Shown in pieces: positions 31,851-47,069 of a DNA stretch of 64,000 bases (its first letter is position 1; every line of letters begins with the position of its first letter). The stretch lies in assembly GCF_009914755.1 (NCBI RefSeq), contig NC_060927.1; one strand, given 5' to 3'. The DNA is from the human T2T-CHM13v2.0 reference genome, Homo sapiens. The notes below the pieces were generated by a model. It did no database searches. It had not been told where the DNA came from and saw only the letters and a list, made by a program, of their open reading frames with translations. A program made the position numbers and the translations under genes.

Positions 31851-34800
31851 AATATTTTTACATGTCATTCTATTTCTGTAATTTTGTTTCACAAGATTTT
31901 CATTTTTTTTAAAAGTGGTTTTTATTTTACCCAAAAGCCAAATTATTTTCTATGACTGCTAATTTCCATTTTTATTATATATCAATGAGAAAGATCATTA
32001 AGTTCATATAAATTAGTTTGATAGCTATATAGACACATAAAATAGATTCAACAAAAGATGTATTTATGTTTTTCAAATGTGATACAGTATTAAGTTGCAA
32101 TGTGTTTACATGTTAAATACTCTGGGGAGAGAAGCTAGTGTAGCTAGGAAGAAAATAAAAGTTTCAGACAAGCAGGAGAATTTAAGTGGAAGTACTAGGG
32201 CAGGAAGAAAGATGGAGTGGAAGCCATGACCATAAAAGATACTGCGAAATGGAATACCAAATTTGAGTTCTTAAGAGTCTAGAAGAGTATGATGACGAGG
32301 CTGTGTTCATTTGAGGCTGATATTAATTAGTGATGATTTGTTGAGTTGAAAGAGAGGACAGAATGATGAGGTCAAAGTGTATGATAAATTGAAGCAAGGA
32401 TATTGAAGACTCTGAGGCTGTTGATAGGGTCCAGAGTAGAGAGAAAATATATAAGCCAGATGGTAAAATCACGTAAGAAGATGAAAATGAGTCCTAGGGG
32501 TGGAAAAAAAAAAACAGTGGAATTTATTTGTAGAGCACTATCTGGCTACATGAGAGATTGTTCTTTCAGTCTTGTGTTCTTTATTGAATAATAAAGATGA
32601 TAGGATTGGATATCCTTTAGGGGTTATGCCCATGGTTAGTTCATGTTATTAGTGTGCTGGTATTCGTATTACTCTGTCACTATATATTGGTATGTATATA
32701 TACTTTTCAATGGCAAGAATTGGGCCTGTTAATATATATAATTTGATGTGTTTCTTTGAAGGTATGTTTTAACATATATATATATAATATTATGAAAGGA
32801 AGTGATAGTATGAGAGATGATGAGATAGTTTAGAGATGGTAAATGAATTTAATTTGAACTTGATTCTCTCGTGTTTTGAAAGGACACTTTTCTTTTAAGT
32901 TTAAGTACTATAAATTTGTACTTACATAATATGTTCAACTTACAGAGCATATTAACATGCATTATCTCAATCATGAGTTTTGGGGTAAGATTAACAGTGT
33001 GAATTACAGAATAAGTTACTCATATATATGAATTTTGATAAAAATAAGTAGTATTTTGAATGCTTATAAGGCTCTTGAGCTTTAAACAATAGAATCTCTG
33101 ATCTCAAGTAATTAATACGGTAGGGAAGAAACACAGGTAGTAAAGAATAATCTACTTTTAATCTGTAATAATCACTAGATTTAATAATACATTAGTATGC
33201 ATAACATATTGGCAATTATATAACTGCATAAAATATTGTAAAAATGTAGGTGCTCATTCTGTTCTAACATCCTAGCATTATATAATTCAGTTTAATATGG
33301 TGACAGTAGTCACAAGGATGGTCAGTGGGAAAAGGGTGAGAATGAAAGCTACTGTACTTTTAAAAAAAATTTTAAATGTGCCTTCATTACTATAGAAAGT
33401 TCAGACAACAGCTCTGAATACAGAGATAATTATATATTGATTTAAACATTATTCTAGATAAGGAATTTATTTAAATATTTACAAAATACTTTATTACAAT
33501 TATTTACCTTTCTTAAAATATGACATAACAGTTTTTGAAGGAAAAACTGCTTATATACACAAATCATATCAATGAACTGGAAAACACTACCTATTAATAT
33601 TTAATCGTGGCACTAGGCTCAGTGAAGGGGGCAAATGGAAGGCATGATGTCTGTTTATAAAGGAGTTTAGAACTTATTTGGGGAGACCAAAGTGCCATAT
33701 CATTCGTCAATAACTTTGAATAAAAATGGAAAAATCAAAAAAGGAAAAATTAAATGTCTTCACAGTGAGCTGAATATTATTTTCAAGGAGAATTCAGTAC
33801 ACATATGCTCCTATAAGCATTTAAACACAAGCCATTTAAAACACCTAAGCTGTGGTGTTGGCTTAGCATTTTAACAAATATTTTATGTAGCAGTAAGGCT
33901 TTGACTTGGAATTTGAGAAGATAAATAGGTGAATATTTTATTTGTGAAAAATGCTAACATTTAGGACCTCATTCGTTTAATCGCTGTGTATAAATAATTT
34001 TATGACTATTAGGTTTTTGAAGATACTTTGAAAAGATATTTTATTAGCAGCTCCAATCAAAGCAAAATATTAAAATTGTTCTTGAGATATATAAACAAAT
34101 AATTACTTCTTGAATACTAAATTCTGATGGGATTTTATTGTCACAGCTACAGTAGAAATTGATGACATCGGCTCTGTATTTCTAATAGAATTATAACAAT
34201 GGTATTGTAATTTCTGTAGTATTCAATAAACATTGAGATATATGAATATAATACTGCTATTAATGAAGATTATGAAAACAGGTTAATCTAAGTTCCAAGC
34301 TAGTGAAAAGTATTTTGTCTTTCTAACCACTTTATATAATAGAAAATATATTATTCAATGTTACTGAATAAAACCTTTGTTTTGAGGCTTTTAACAAATT
34401 TAACAGACTTCAAATTTACAACTAGAAATATAAATAAGAATTTCCTCCCTTTTTTTTTGGTAATTGCTTATTGCTAGTATAGGTAATAGCTACTGATTTT
34501 TTTTTGTTTTAATCTTCTACCTAGATAATTTACCACATTCTTTTATTTCCAAAACATTTTTAGTAATTTGTTTCTATTTTCTTGTATTTATATGCATTAT
34601 TTCAATTTATTGTCTTGCTGAATTAGCTTGAATTTATAAAACAAAGTTGAATAATAATGGGAATAGCAAATATATATGTTTTATTCCTGATTTTAATGGG
34701 AATGACTGTAGTTTTTTGTTGTTTAGCATATGTTTGTTATTTTCATTATGTCATTTTCTTCTAATCCTATTTCACATATTTACCTGGTTTGACTGCTAAA

Positions 34801-37800
34801 TTTCATCAAATGCCTTTCCAGAACCTAATGATATAATCATGGTTTTATTCTTTAATTTGTTGATTAATGAATAATGTCAATACAAATCCTTATTCAACTT
34901 CTTGTTGAAATCTAACAGAAATATGTTTTAAATTTTATTTATTTTCCCTTCCATGAAAAAGAAAAAGTATGAATAATTTTCTGGCTTTGTAAATAAAATT
35001 AACTCATATTTATATTTTTCTGAAAATGCTATGTCAATTAAAAATTATTATCACAGGAAAAAATTAAGTAAAACAAACAATCAGAATTACAGATTCCTTA
35101 GAGACTAAAGATTATATTCACAAGAGGTAGCAGCAATCTGTAAAGTACAGCTGTCTTGTAAGACTCCTTTTTAGAGACAACATTTGCAAAGACATTTATA
35201 TGATGAAGAATATCATTTGCTTTTCTGTATCTGTATCTTGCCAAGGTTTATTTTGTAAGCAGTTAGAAGTTCTCACAATTTGAAGGCTAGGGTCTGGAAA
35301 ACTCAAAATTTAAATTAAGGAAAGGAAAAGGATAAAATAAGTTAGTAACTAATAAGAGTATGAGGTATATATATTTAGTATCTATACTTACATTTGTGGA
35401 ATAAAATGTGTTTGGCCATGGTTTATCATTGTTTGAATATATCACTTGGTTTTGATTTATCAGTATCTTATTTAGTGTTTTGCACCTATATTTATAAGTC
35501 TTCATTTGCTTTATAATGCTTAAAACAATCTGATATTATGTAGACTATAAAATATGATGAGTTTCCTGTGAAATTACTACTATATTCAAAATAGCCCTTT
35601 TGTGGCTATTTCATCCTTTGTGGCCCTTTGCAGCAGCCCATCCATCTTTTCTGCCTTGGACCCAGGAAACAACTGTTTTCTTCTTCTTCTTCTTTTTTTT
35701 TTTTAAACTGGATCATTAGTATCTTATATAGTTTATTTTTCTCTCTGTCTCGCTTTCTCTCTTTTTCTCTGTCTCTTCTGTTTGAATATATGTATCTGAT
35801 GTTTAACATATTGAAAGATGAGGGCAATTGGGGGAAGAGTTTGGGACTGAATTAGTGATAAGCACATAAAAACTAAGGAAATGAAGAAAATTTAAAAAAA
35901 TTAGCCCCAGGGAACAAAAACATTTGTGTGGCAAAGTAAAAGAGTAGTAGTTAGTAGAGACTGAACAGTTAGGATTTTTTTTTGGAGGATGGGGATGTGG
36001 GAAGTATGCTTGTATGTGTAATGGGGGTAGGTGAGAAAGAGAATCCTTTTTTTTTCCCTTTGGAAAAGTCAGTAAGTAGCAATGTAAAAATGTTATTTTG
36101 AGACACATTAAGTAAAAATACAAAAATAAAGAGCAAAAAATATTGAAAAGTGGTTGCATCTGGGAAGTAGGAAATGGGAGAGGGAAGGAGACATATGACT
36201 TTTAATTATCTTAATATGTCCTATAGAATTATATGACTTGTTAAACTATGTGCATGATAGACTATGTTAAAAATAAAACTAGCATGAGAAGAGAAAAAAG
36301 TTAGATATAAAATTTCAAAAAATAAGTTAATGAACAAATATCCCATTTCTATTATATATATTTCCAAATATAAAATGGGAGTGGATTAGTGCTTTATTCT
36401 TTTAACAATTTAATATAACTACCTTTTGGATCTTTGAATGTGATAGTTTCCTTGTTATTTCAAGAGATTTGTAAGTCTTACTGAGAAACTAGTACCAATA
36501 CTTCCATCGCCAATGACCAGTGGTTGTTTACGTGAGCAGGTAATTTGCCACTCTTGTGCATACAGAACAATCTTACTTTTTTATTTTTTTGAATCACAAT
36601 GTGATGGAGTTTCATGGGAACTTGTTATTTCTATCACCGTTATGCCACTCTATGGTGTCATATGCATTATAGACCTTTTACTTAGTCTTTTCTTTCATCC
36701 AAGAGAGCAGGAAATTATTCAGCAATACTTTCAGTGACCCAAGATGACATCAGATTTAGGTAAGAGCTGTGAACATACACACATAATCCTAAAAAACTCA
36801 AGGTTTAAATGATTTGGCTGTTATTGAAAACAAGCATCATTGAAATTGAGGGACCTTTCTCAACAATGAGAGTTGCTCCATAGTTCCAGTAATAATTGGC
36901 TTTTGTTTACCAAAGTGGCAAAATATGTTGTGTCCATCACGTTCCTTACTACAGATATTTTATCTCAAATTATATCAATTCATGACTTACTGCATAAATT
37001 TTGAGACAGTTTATGTACAATTTCTGAATTCAAGATCTGGAATGATATGCCCCAATCCACACTTTACCCAGAGTGTAACATCTGTAGACCAAAAACTCGA
37101 CAAGTAACCTAATATCAGAAAAGGCATAGCATATATTAGGTAATCATAGCTATTTACTGGCAAATCTTCTACCTAGAATAATTTTTAAATAAAATAAATG
37201 TATTTCATAATTGGAATATTCTATTCCCTGTTACATATAGGTATTATTATTATTTTCTATACATGGTAGTTTCCAATGGTTACATTAATATTATTAAGTG
37301 AAACCTGGTACAATGCTTCTAGGAGTTCTGTGTTCAAATATAGAAATGATAGCTTTGGCATATCAGTATTATTTGAATATGATATATATATGCAATGTCA
37401 ACCAAAAAAATCAGATGAAAAATATGTCCAAATATGTTGAATTTATTTGGGAATTAGAAATGAAGTTTTTTTTAACCTGAGATGCATAGCCATGCCAAGC
37501 CATGTATGCATCTGAAGAGGCGAGAGTAAAACGAAGCTGGTATTGGCAAAAGGAGAAGTTCACATAAACTGCTTGGAAATAGAGGTCATTGGTTTTGGAG
37601 ACTCAAAGCCAGAGTTGGCATCAGTTCATTGGTGGAAACGCTATTACTGGGCAAGTGTTCTTTCAAGAGGATCTTATATTAATTATAGCAGTACTGAAAA
37701 AAGAATTTCTCTTGGAGTTGTTTTAGAAAGTCCTTGAGACAGTCTTTATCTCAGACATGCAAGCATGAACCCTTCATGCTTTTCGCTTTTCCAGCTCTGG

Positions 37801-38014
37801 TTTGTTTGGGTCTACAAAAAATGATTTCATTCTGGTATCTGCAACTTTCACAGCATGAACCATTAATATGATAGCACACTAGAAGTCTTTAGAATCAAAA
37901 GCCATATTTATTTTTTTCATTTTTTAGGCTGATGATCAATACTGGGAAGCATTCCTCATAAATTAACTTGGTGATCTAATATTTACTTCTTTTTAAAAAT
38001 GAATGGTTGGGGTA

Positions 38015-38475
38015 TGTATTAGGATGCAAGTTAGGCTACTGTAACAGGCCATAATAACTGTGGCTTAAACAATATAGAAATTTATCTGTCTTTTATGAAT
38101 ATGTCCAATCAAAAGCAACCTTGAACTGATTCCATGATTGTACGGTGTCAATAATCCAACAAGATCTTTCTATCTTGTTCTGCCATCCTCAACATATGGC
38201 TTCCATTTCATATTCTAAGATGGCTGTTCTAACTCCTGCTATTGTATCTATTTTCCAATCAGTCAGAAGGTAAGAAAAATAGAATATTTGCCTTTACCAT
38301 TAAGAATATATTATATATAATTTCTTCTGTTTTCCTTTGTTCACGATCTGGTCTAGCCTGCAGTGGAGGCTGATAAATATAGTATTTAACTGGATTGTTA
38401 TCTGCTGAACTAAAACTTCTATTAGTATAGAAGGGAAAAATGCAGACATTGGGGAACAGTAGACAGTCCCCATCA
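38015..38475. mobile_element. Old MaLR LTR (MLT1J/K-like)
   Basis: gctactgtaaca...gtggcttaaacaatatagaaattta...taagatggctgttctaactcctgc. Confidence 0.5.
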
Positions 38476-39314
38476 CAGGTGGTTTTGAGGCTATTTTGCC
38501 ACATTATGACAGTATTAAGCCTGAACAATCAGGCCTAATATAAATTCTGCTTTGCCAAAGTACTGCTGTTAGTTCTATCCTGGTCCCTTTGTGTTCCCAA
38601 TTATACTAAGAAAACTAAAACTAAAACTACACTAAAATATTCAGATTTTTTTGGTAGCTGGGTTCTGGTTAGATTCTGCCAATGGGAGGCACTTATGTCA
38701 AATTAAAAAGTAGAGGGGAAGCAAAAGTCATTTTGTTTCCGGTAGTGCCTCTTGCAATATCAGCACTGAGTACAGGTTTATGTATTTCATCCTCAGAAGA
38801 GGTAGCAACTTCCTTAACTCAGGGTAGTATGACTAGCCCTCCCACATATTTGTAACTAATTCTTTCTATTACATATTTATTTGCTTCAAATATCTAGATA
38901 GATTTGTGTAACTATTGATACGTTGGCCACTTCATTCCTGTAATATTTTGAAGGGAGAGTGGAACAAAAGAAAACAAGCAAAGCAAAGTAGCATTAAGAA
39001 GAGCTAGATATTAAGAAATTCACTTATTTTTTACTAGCTTTGCTACCATTATCTTACTTCACTGAGCATAAATTATAATATTTCAAGAACACTTTTTGAC
39101 TTTGTCTAAAACTGAGAATTTTTTAAGCTTAACATAGTTGTCTTCAAACTCTGTTCTACATTTTCTTTGCTCCTTTTTTCCTACTGCATCTATATCATTC
39201 CAGTTGATGTCCTTGATTCTTTTGAAATCAACTAGGTACCCCAACTGATGTCAACTTTTTATTGCATACTTTGTCTCATAATACGATTTGGTGTTCTTGA
39301 GAAGAAAAAATTCT

Positions 39315-42300
39315 TTTACTTCAAATTGAAATATAACCCACCCACCATACAATTCACCTATTTAAAGTGTACATTTCAGTGGTGTTTGGTATGTTCACAG
39401 AGTTGTGCAACAACCTCCACGATCAATTTTAGAACATTTCCATCAGTCCAGAAAGGCACGTTGTATTCATTAACAGTCAATTCCTATTACTCTGAACCCC
39501 CATCCCTTGGCAACCACTAATATAAATTCTGTTTCTATAGATTTTCCTATTCTATACACTTCATGTAAATGGAATCATACAGTATGTGACTAGCTTCTTC
39601 AGTTAGCATAACATTTTCAAGGTTCATCTATGTTGTAGCACATATCAGTACTTCATTTTTTAAAATTGAGGAACAATATTCTATTGTGTGGATATACCAC
39701 ATTTTGTTTATTTATTCATCAGTCGATGGACATTTGAGTTGTTTCTTTTTGGCTGCTATGAATAATGCTGCTATGAACATTACAAGAGCTTTGTTTATAT
39801 TTATGTTTTCATTTCTCTTGGGTTTATGCCCAGGAGCAGAATTGCTGAATCATATGGTAACTCTGTATTTCATATATTGAGGAACTACCAATCTATTTTC
39901 CAAAGAGCCTGCATTATTTTACATTTCTAACAGCAATGTATTAGGGCTCCAATTTCTTTACATCTTTATCAACATGTGTTAATATATCTGTTTTTTATTA
40001 TAGTTATCCTAGTGGGTGCACAGTTGTATCTTGTTGATATGATTTACAGTTCCCTAATGGCTAATGATGTTGAGGATCTTTCGGTGTTTATTGGCCATTT
40101 ATATATATTATTTATTTATTATATAATAAATGTCTGTTAAGATCCTTTGCCCATTTTAAATTTAGGTTATTTGTCTTTTTATTGAATTTTAAGGGTTCTT
40201 TATATATTCTGGATTAAGTTCTTTTTCAGATATTTGATTTGCAAATTATTTTCCCATTCTGTGGATTATCCTTTCCCATTTTTATTTCAATAGTTTTTGG
40301 GGAACAGGTGGTTTTTGGTTACATAGATAACTACTTTAGTGCTAATTTCTGAGATTTTTGGCACCCATCACCTGAGCAGTGTACACTGTACCCAATGTGT
40401 AGTTTTTAACTCTCACCCAACTCCCACCCTTCCTCCTGAGCCCCCAAAATCCATTATATCATTCTTATGCCTTTGTGTCCTCATAGGTTAGCTCTTACTT
40501 ATATGTGAGAACATGTAATATTTGGTTTTTCATTCCTGAGTTACTTAACTTAGAATAATGGTCTCCAACTCCACCCAGGTTTCTGTAAATGCTATTATTT
40601 CATTCCTTTTTATGACAGAGTAGTATTTTACGGTGTATATATACCACATTCTCTTTATTCACTCATTGGTTGATGGGCATTTAGGCTGGTTCCATATTTT
40701 TCTGCGATTGGAAATTGTGCAGCTATAAGCATGCCTGTGCATGTGTCTTTTTCATATAATGATTTTTTTTTTCTTCTGAGTAGATATCCAATGGTGGGAT
40801 TGCTGGATCAAATGGTAGTTCTACTTTTAGCTCTTTAAGGAATATCTATACTGTTTTCTATAGGAGTTGTACTAGTTTATATTCCCACCAGCAGTGTAAA
40901 AGTGTTCACTTTTCACCACATCCACGCCAACATCTATTATTTTTTGATTTTTAAATTATGGTCAGTCTTGCAGGAGTAAGGTGGTATCTCATTGTGGTTT
41001 TAATTTGCATTTTCTTGATAATTAATGGTCTTGAGCATTTTTCATGTTTGTTGACCATTTGTGTATCTTCTTTTGAGAATTGTCTATTCATGTCCTTTGC
41101 CCAATTTTTCATGGGATTATTATATTTATATTTTTATTTTTTGCTGATTTGTTTGAGTTTCTTGTAGATTCTGGATATTAGTTGTTTCTCAGATGCATAG
41201 TTAGTGAATATTTTCTCCCATTCTGTGGGTTGTCTGTTTACTCTGCTGATTATTTCTTTTGCTGTGCAGAAGCTTTTTAGTTTAATTAGGTCCCATTTAT
41301 TTATGTTTGTTTTTGTTGCATTTGCTTTTGGGTTCTTGGTCATGAACTCTTTGCCTAAGCCAATGTCTAGAAGAGTTTTTCCAATGTTATCTTCTAGGAT
41401 TTTTATGGTTTCAGGTTTTAGATTTAAGACTTTGATCCACCTTGAGGTGATTTTTGTATAAAGTGAGAGATGAGGATCCAGTTTCATTCTTCTACATGTG
41501 GCTTGCCAATTATCCCAGCACCATTTGTTAAATAGGGTGTCCTTTCCCTACCTTATATTTTTGGTTGCTTTGTTGAAGGTCAAATACCTTGTCAAAATAT
41601 TCAGCTGTATTTCTGGGTTCTTTATTCTGTTCCATTTGTCTACATGCCTATTTTTATACCAGTACCATGCTGTTTTGGTAACTATAGCCTTGTAGTATAG
41701 TTTGAAGTCAGATAATGTAATGCCTCCAGATTTGTTTTCTTTAACTGTCTTTGATGGTGTCCTTTATAGCGCATAAGTTTTTGCTTTGGACAGAGTTCAA
41801 TATGTCTGTTTTTTGTTTCATTGCTTGTGTTTTTGGTGTTTTATTTAAGAAACCATTGTCTACCTTTCCACAGTGTAGACATACATCAAAACACCATGTT
41901 CTAACCATAAACATTTATAATTTTTGTCAATTAAAAAATAATTTAAAAAAACATTACCTAATTGAAGTCACTAAGATTTAAACAGATTTCTTTATTCTTA
42001 GAGTTTTATAGCTTTGACTTTTATATTTAAACGTACGATCCATTTTGAGTTAATTTTTGTGTATGTTATAAGTAAGGGATTTAACTTGATTCTTTTACAT
42101 GTGGATATAGAGTTGCTACAGCACCATTTGCTGAAAGGATTAGTCTTTCCTCAATGAATTGTCTTGGCACTCTTTTCAAAAATCAATGGACTGAAAATGT
42201 GAGGATTTATTTCTGGAATCTCATTTCCGTTCCATTAATCTATATGTCTATCCTTATGCCAATACCTTATTTTCTTGATTACTTTAGGTTTGTATAAGTT

Positions 42301-42394
42301 TTGAAATAGAAAAATGTGAGTTACCTAACTTTGTTCTCTTTCAAGATTGTTTTGTTATTATGAGTCTCTTGGATATCTATTTAAATTTTAGGAT
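39315..42394 (-). mobile_element. L1MB-like 3' remnant interrupted by an L1PB-like element (about 40280-41740)
   Basis: L1MB-type 3'UTR from 39315; L1PB-type end (ttttatttcaatagtttttggggaacagg) at 40280; ORF2 peptide at 41134-41487 on the - strand. Confidence 0.82.
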
Positions 42395-42410
42395 TAGTTT
42401 GTCAATTTTT

Positions 42411-44069
<1,659 letters not shown>

Positions 44070-44372
44070 TAGTTTGTCAATTTTTGCAAAAAAGCCAGCT
44101 GGGATTTTGACAGAGATTGCATTGATTTTAATATCAATTCGGAGAGTATTGCCACATTAATGTTTAATCTATAGATATCTGGGATGACTTTTATTTAGAT
44201 CTTCAAGTTTTAAAAGAATATTGTGTAGTTTTCAGAGTACAAATTTTGCACTTCTTTTGTTCATTTTATTCCTATATATTTTATTCCTTTGGATTCTACT
44301 TATTATAAATGGGGTTCTTTATTTTATTTTTGGATAGTTTATTGTTAGTATGCAGGAATACAATTGACTTTT

Positions 44373-45182
<810 letters not shown>

Positions 45183-45195
45183 ACAATTGACTTTT

Positions 45196-45503
45196 TTTTT
45201 TTTTTTTTTTTTGAGATGAGGTCTTGTTCTGTTGTTCAGGCTGGGGCGTAGTGACATGATCATGGCTCACTGCAGCTTCAACCTCCTGGGCTCAAGTGAT
45301 CCTTCTGCCTTAGCCTCCTGAGTAGCTGGGACTGCAGGTGTGCGCCATCATGCCTGGTGAATTTTTCCTTTTTTTTTTTTTTTTGTAGAGATGGGGTCTT
45401 GTAATATTGCCCAGGTTGGTTTTGAACTCCTGAACTCAAGCAATCCTCCTGCTTTGGCCTCCCAAAGTGCTGATATTACAGACATGGGCCACTGTGCCTA
45501 GCC
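45196..45503 (-). mobile_element. AluJ
   Basis: TSD cacaattga(c/g)tttt at 45182-45195 and 45504-45517. Confidence 0.92.
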
Positions 45504-46805
45504 CACAATTGAGTTTTTTACATTAATTTTGTAACTTTAGCTTGCAGAGCTCCTTTATTAGTTCTAATAATTTTTTAGTGTATTTCTTAGGATTGCATTT
45601 ATACAAAATTGTGTTCCTTGCAGATAGTTTTAGTTCTTCCTTCCTATCTGGATGTGTCTTACTTCTTTTTCTTGTCTAATTGCTCTGGATGGGATAGAAC
45701 CTTCAGTACAATATTGAATAGAGGTGGATAGAGTGGAAATACTTGTTTGATTCCTAACCTTAGAAGGAAAACATTGATTCTTTCACTAATTTTTATGATG
45801 TAGGTTTTTTATACATGCCATTTATTAGATGTATAAGGCAGGAACAGAAAGAAAAGTTGAAAGAATTATATTGTGAACACTCACTAATATGTATATTCTT
45901 ACCACTAATATTTGACAGTTATCATTCACTTATCATGTATCTATCTATCCATCTGTCCACCCAGGTATCTATATTATTTTGTGGATGCATTTTCAAGTTG
46001 CAGATGTCAGTATACTTTACCCTTTAACACCTCCGTATACATAACATTGAATAGATTTTAATATTTGTTTCTAATAATTTCTTAACATTTTTTGAGGTGT
46101 AATTTATATGCAGAGAAATCACAAATTTTATTGTACCATTTTATGAGTTTTAACTAATGTATATGCTTGTGTAATCCAAATTGCTATGAAAATACAGAAT
46201 ATTACATCTTTACTCAAAAAAGTTTCTTCATATTCCTTCCCAATCAATAACTCTTCAAGACAACTACTGTTCTGATTTTATAAACTTGTGTATGGCTTCT
46301 TAGCATAGTTTTTTTTGAGAATCATTTGTGTTGTTGCATCTATCAGTAGTTTGTGTCTTTTAATTGTTTAGTAGTATTCCATTGTATGATTATATCATAT
46401 CACAGTTTGTTTTTTTAATTCTTTTGTTGGACACCTGGGCTGTTTCCAGATTTTTACTATTTTGAATACAGCTGGTAGGGTCTTACTTATACAAATCATT
46501 TTATGAACATATGCTTTTAATTTTCCTGAATATATGCATAGGAGTGGAATTGCTAGATTGTAAGACAGATGTATATTTAGTTTTATAAGAAACTGCAAGA
46601 TATTTTAAAAAAGTGTTTGTATCATTTTACACTCCCATCAGCAATGTATGAGTTTAGGTTACTCCATCTCTGTGTTAATGTTTGGTGGTAGCTTTTTTTT
46701 TTCCTTTAAACTAATTTTAGACATTCTGGTGGCTATATAATGGTATCTTGTGATTGTAATTTTTATTTCCCTAGAGACTTATTGGTATTATTTGCTCTCT
46801 TTCAG

Positions 46806-46903
46806 ACAGTTCGGCATGGTTTTCCTCATCAGCCCACAGCATTAGCCTTTGATCCAGTTCAGAAAATCTTGGCTATTGGGACGAGAACAGGTGCTATACG
46901 AAT
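46806..46903 (+). CDS. STXBP5L: STXBP5L coding exon 3 (98 nt): [32 protein letters not shown](I)
   Basis: Acceptor ctctctttcAG at 46804-46805; in phase with exon 2; encodes the conserved tomosyn/Lgl motif HGFP..P.ALAFDP..KILAIGT..GA. Absent from the ORF track because it is short. Confidence 0.95.
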
Positions 46904-46912
46904 GTATCCTTA
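46904..46912 (+). other. STXBP5L: U12-type (minor spliceosome) 5' splice site GTATCCTTA
   Basis: Exact match to the U12 consensus RTATCCTT at the point where protein homology ends. Confidence 0.9.
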
Positions 46913-47069
46913 AATTTTGGTTCATTATCTGCCACAGTAATGCCAATTACATTTCTTTAAATATTCAGGTAAGATAAATATTTATGACCAAATAAAGTTT
47001 ATTATTTTTTAAGAAATGAGTAACTATTGTGAAAAATCTGCACTTTCAAATTTATTGGCATATTTTTAA

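Noticed and set aside
31900-38000. AT-rich, repeat-poor stretch with short ORFs as possible hidden exons
   Set aside because: No tomosyn-like peptide, and exons 2 and 3 already join in frame; conserved enhancers cannot be judged without alignments.
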